Shown: positions 61,454 to 64,000 of the stretch, piece by piece
How the letters are laid out: each line of letters starts with the position of its first letter
Position numbering within the stretch: the first letter of the stretch is position 1
Made by a program: the position numbers and the translations under genes
The notes under the pieces: model-generated
What the model saw: the letters and a program-made list of their open reading frames with translations, nothing else
Told to the model about the DNA's origin: nothing
The model's database searches: none
Origin: an uncultured Eggerthellaceae bacterium
Lineage (GTDB): Bacteria > Actinomycetota > Coriobacteriia > Coriobacteriales > Eggerthellaceae
Reading direction: 5' to 3'
DNA: 64,000 nucleotides
Assembly (NCBI GenBank): GCA_934648845.1
Contig: CAKUFS010000010.1
Span: 327 to 64,326, forward strand

Positions 61454-61975
61454 ATGACCACGTATTTCGTACCCGTTGAAACCGATAAGCAAACACGTGA
61501 ACTAGCCAGCATGGCTGGTGCCATCTGGAGCGAATACTGGCCGGCCATCATCGGGCAAGAGCAGACAGACTACATGATTGAGCGCTTTCAGTCATACGAT
61601 GCTATCACGCGCGACATGACAGAAAATAATTACGAATATTGGTTCGTGGTAGCGGACAAAGACGAGCCTACCGAACGCATCGTGGGCTTTACGGGCGGGC
61701 ATAACGAGCCCGAAACGAACCGCTTCTTTATCTCGAAAATCTACCTTTTCGCCCAGGAACGCGGCAAACATTTCGCGAGCGACGTTATTACGTTCTATAA
61801 CAACCTGTGCTTGCAACGCGGGCTTGCCGCAATGTATCTTACGGTAAATAAACGCAATGAGCTGGGTATTCGCGCATATCAGGGAAAGGGATTCGAAACC
61901 ATCGACGCCGTGGAAACCGACATCGGCCACGGCTTTATCATGGACGACTTCATTATGGAGCGCCGCGCGCAATAG
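61454..61975 (+). CDS. GNAT family N-acetyltransferase
   Basis: The start is set at ATG 61454 after GAAGAAGGATACGCCC. …IVGFTGG…ISKIYLFAQERGKHFASDVI…AYQGKGFE shows the acetyl-CoA-binding beta4-alpha3 pattern. Confidence 0.75.
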   Translation: MTTYFVPVETDKQTRELASMAGAIWSEYWPAIIGQEQTDYMIERFQSYDAITRDMTENNYEYWFVVADKDEPTERIVGFTGGHNEPETNRFFISKIYLFAQERGKHFASDVITFYNNLCLQRGLAAMYLTVNKRNELGIRAYQGKGFETIDAVETDIGHGFIMDDFIMERRAQ

Positions 61976-62023
61976 CACCTGCAACGCCTCACGACGTAGC
62001 AGAACGCGCCCGCAACGCAGCGC

Positions 62024-62128
62024 GGTGGCGCAGGATTGAGCCGAACTGCTGAGCCTGAATAAGTTGAACGAACCCCAGCCAAGAAGAAGCATTATCCGGG
62101 CGAAGTCGTGAAGTGAACGCCTTGTGCC
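62024..62128. repeat. Long-hairpin repeat family C, copy 3
   Basis: GGCGCAGGATTGAGCCGAACTGCTGAGCCTGAATAAGTTGAACGAACCCCAGCCAAGAAGAAGCATTATCCGGGCGAAGTCGTGAAGTGAACGCCTTGTGCC lies between convergent genes. Confidence 0.65.
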
Positions 62129-62227
62129 GCCGCGCGAACGACTACCGTCACAATAGCGCCGCAAAGCCCAGCACGCAAACATAGAAAGGCGCCTGACCAG
62201 CTGGCCAAGCGCCCCATAATTCAATCC

Positions 62228-63652
62228 TTATATAAACCCGTACAGTCCGCAGATAAGCGGCAAGCACACCGACGTCAGAACAACCAGGAACAGCGTAGGG
62301 ATAATACCCGTCTTCGCGTACTGCCCCATGGTGTAATAGCCCGTGGAATACGTGAGCACCGGCACGCAGTCAAGCGGCAGAATGTAGCTCACCGACGCTT
62401 CCCATGCCACCACCATAAGCATGGCATACATAGGAATGCCGAAATCCATGGCAATGGTTCCCAAGGGGAATGCCAGAATGCCTGCAACCGCCGGACCAAC
62501 GGGAACCACGTTGTGCATAATAGCGCCAATAAGCGAAGCCACCAGCATCAAGATCAGCGGCACCTTCATGAAGTCGGGCGTGACAGACATAATAGTTTCC
62601 ACAATCCAGTTGCCCGCACCCGTGGTTACCACGAAATGACCTGCGGAAATAACGCACATGATAAGCAGGATGATATCCCAGTTCATGCGCTTAAGAATAC
62701 TCTTGAAGTCAAGCGGATTCCAGCCAGGAATACTCAAAAGCACCATGGCGACAATGGCGATTTCCGCCGTGTTCAAAAACGTGAGCCACGAGCTTGCAAT
62801 CCAGAAGATCAGCGCGGCAACAATAACGCCCACCGTCTTCCATTCGCACGGCTGCATCTTGGGCAAGTCCGAAACTTCGCGCATGGTTTCATCCACCGCA
62901 TGTTGCGAAATAGGCTCGGGCTTGAACCACGCGCACAAGAAAAGCCAGCTGGCAATCAGAAGAACAATCGCGAACGGTGCGCCGATCATCATCCACTCGA
63001 CAAAGCTCATCTCCACACCGAACAAGCTGGAAAACAAGCTTACCGTCAGCACATTGCAGCCGTTGCCCGCCATACACGCCATGCCGCCGGCATACGACGC
63101 ATACGGAATGGCAATCATCATGGCCGCGCCTAAACGCGATGTTCCGCGTTCCGTTCCGTTGAGCTCCAGCAAGCGCTTACCCACAGAAATGAACACGCCG
63201 CATGCGGCAACATCGCTCATGACCAGGGATAACAATGCGCACGCGCACATGAAGCCCAAGATGACTTTGCGGCTATCATTGCCCGCCCAACGCAGCACCA
63301 GTCCGCACACACGCGTGGGGATCGTGGTGGCATCAAGGGCAACGGTGAACGCAAACGTGCCCATAAGGAAGAAGACGGTCGAGCCAATGGAATTGACGTA
63401 CGCGTCGTTGAACGTGCAGACGCCCATGATGGGCATCATCACCAGAATAAGCAGCGCCGTTGCTGCTAAAGGAAGTGCTTCGGTGACCCAGAGCAAAACG
63501 CCCGCCACCAGAATAGTCATGACCATGCGGCCCTCATAGGCCAAACCCGCCGTTTCGGGGGCAAGGGCTGCTGCTGCAATAAGCAACGCAGCAATAGCAA
63601 GAACAACCACGTTTCGCGGTCTGAACGAAACGGGCTTCATAAGCTCCGACAT
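62228..63652 (-). CDS. DASS/SLC13-family anion:sodium symporter
   Basis: 474-aa polytopic protein. The N-terminal …LLWVTEALPLAATALLILVMMPIMGV and the duplicated hairpin regions are typical of DASS (CitT/SdcS-like). The RBS is GGGGAGGATAC. Confidence 0.82.
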   Translation of the reverse strand: MSELMKPVSFRPRNVVVLAIAALLIAAAALAPETAGLAYEGRMVMTILVAGVLLWVTEALPLAATALLILVMMPIMGVCTFNDAYVNSIGSTVFFLMGTFAFTVALDATTIPTRVCGLVLRWAGNDSRKVILGFMCACALLSLVMSDVAACGVFISVGKRLLELNGTERGTSRLGAAMMIAIPYASYAGGMACMAGNGCNVLTVSLFSSLFGVEMSFVEWMMIGAPFAIVLLIASWLFLCAWFKPEPISQHAVDETMREVSDLPKMQPCEWKTVGVIVAALIFWIASSWLTFLNTAEIAIVAMVLLSIPGWNPLDFKSILKRMNWDIILLIMCVISAGHFVVTTGAGNWIVETIMSVTPDFMKVPLILMLVASLIGAIMHNVVPVGPAVAGILAFPLGTIAMDFGIPMYAMLMVVAWEASVSYILPLDCVPVLTYSTGYYTMGQYAKTGIIPTLFLVVLTSVCLPLICGLYGFI

Positions 63653-63935
63653 GTATCCTCCCCTTTTGGATAGTCTTGAGTGTCGTTTGGGGTACGCAGA
63701 ATTTCTTCTTCTACGCCCTGAGAGCTATGACCAATTCGCAGCATTATGCCATATCGTCGGTCATTTTCAATGAGTGATTTTAAGAATAAAGACTTATCAC
63801 GGGCACGTTTTGCGAACCATGTGCACAACCTGCAACGATTCCCCGCTTCCCGCAAAAAGCCCTTTACGGGAAGGGGGAAGGCAAAATGCCCTCCCCCTTG
63901 CATCGAGTAATTAACGCATTACCCCTGCGACGCTC

Positions 63936-64000
63936 TTAGAGCGCACCCATCATCGGCGGAATGACCAGCAGGCATACCGAGAACACCACAAACGTAATGA
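63936..64000 (-). CDS. 3' end of an unidentified membrane-protein gene (runs off the window end)
   Basis: The minus strand reads …ITFVVFSVCLLVIPPMMGAL* with TAA at 63938-63936. It is too short to identify. Confidence 0.3.
   Translation of the reverse strand, partial: ITFVVFSVCLLVIPPMMGAL

Noticed and set aside
1-64000. tRNA, rRNA, tmRNA or RNase P genes.
   Set aside because: I saw no GTTCGAATC/GGTTCGA T-loop contexts outside coding sequence and no rRNA-like conserved stretches. The only RNA elements I can support are the FMN and glycine riboswitches.

Overview
This is a GC-rich bacterial chromosomal segment, roughly 60% GC by eye, with several visibly AT-richer patches. The gene content and protein signatures look like an anaerobic Actinomycetota (Coriobacteriia-like) organism, but that is inference only. 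I support about 55 protein genes.

Most genes are housekeeping or metabolic:
- a group-1 [NiFe] hydrogenase small and large subunit
- DegV, PaaK plus an ACT protein, and a peptide-deformylase homologue
- a COG0523 metallochaperone, TrmB, a C-N hydrolase, an RsmB/F-like methyltransferase and a pseudouridine synthase
- a FecCD/BtuF-type ABC importer
- a glycine-riboswitch-controlled AGCS symporter
- single-chain PurL, an MFS-CBS fusion, an AlkA-Ogt fusion plus a second MGMT, and ThrH
- RecN, Dtd, IlvE and a Sir2 deacylase
- an FMN-riboswitch-controlled RibU-EcfA1A2T operon
- a DASS transporter

I found no rRNA, tRNA, CRISPR array, transposase or integrase.

The accessory material that deserves a second look:
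1. A roughly 2.6-kb AT-richer islet sits at the 3' end of recN. It carries a 370-aa zinc-ribbon protein, a delivery-domain-less HNH/EndoVII toxin and a SUKH immunity gene. It is bracketed by a direct duplication of a 33-nt palindrome plus the recN C-terminal codons.
2. A bacterial Elp3 gene is divergent from a Trm9-like methyltransferase and translationally coupled to two unknown genes.
3. At least five families of short palindromic or MITE-like repeats are present (A to E). Three of them share a central GACCTGGG core. One pair brackets a DUF559 gene.
4. Two tandemly duplicated BspA-type LRR proteins carry C-terminal dockerin modules. A chimeric deletion remnant lies between them.
5. A lipoprotein barnase with barstar and a ParE/Phd module are also present.

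All family assignments come from reading motifs by eye. No searches were run.
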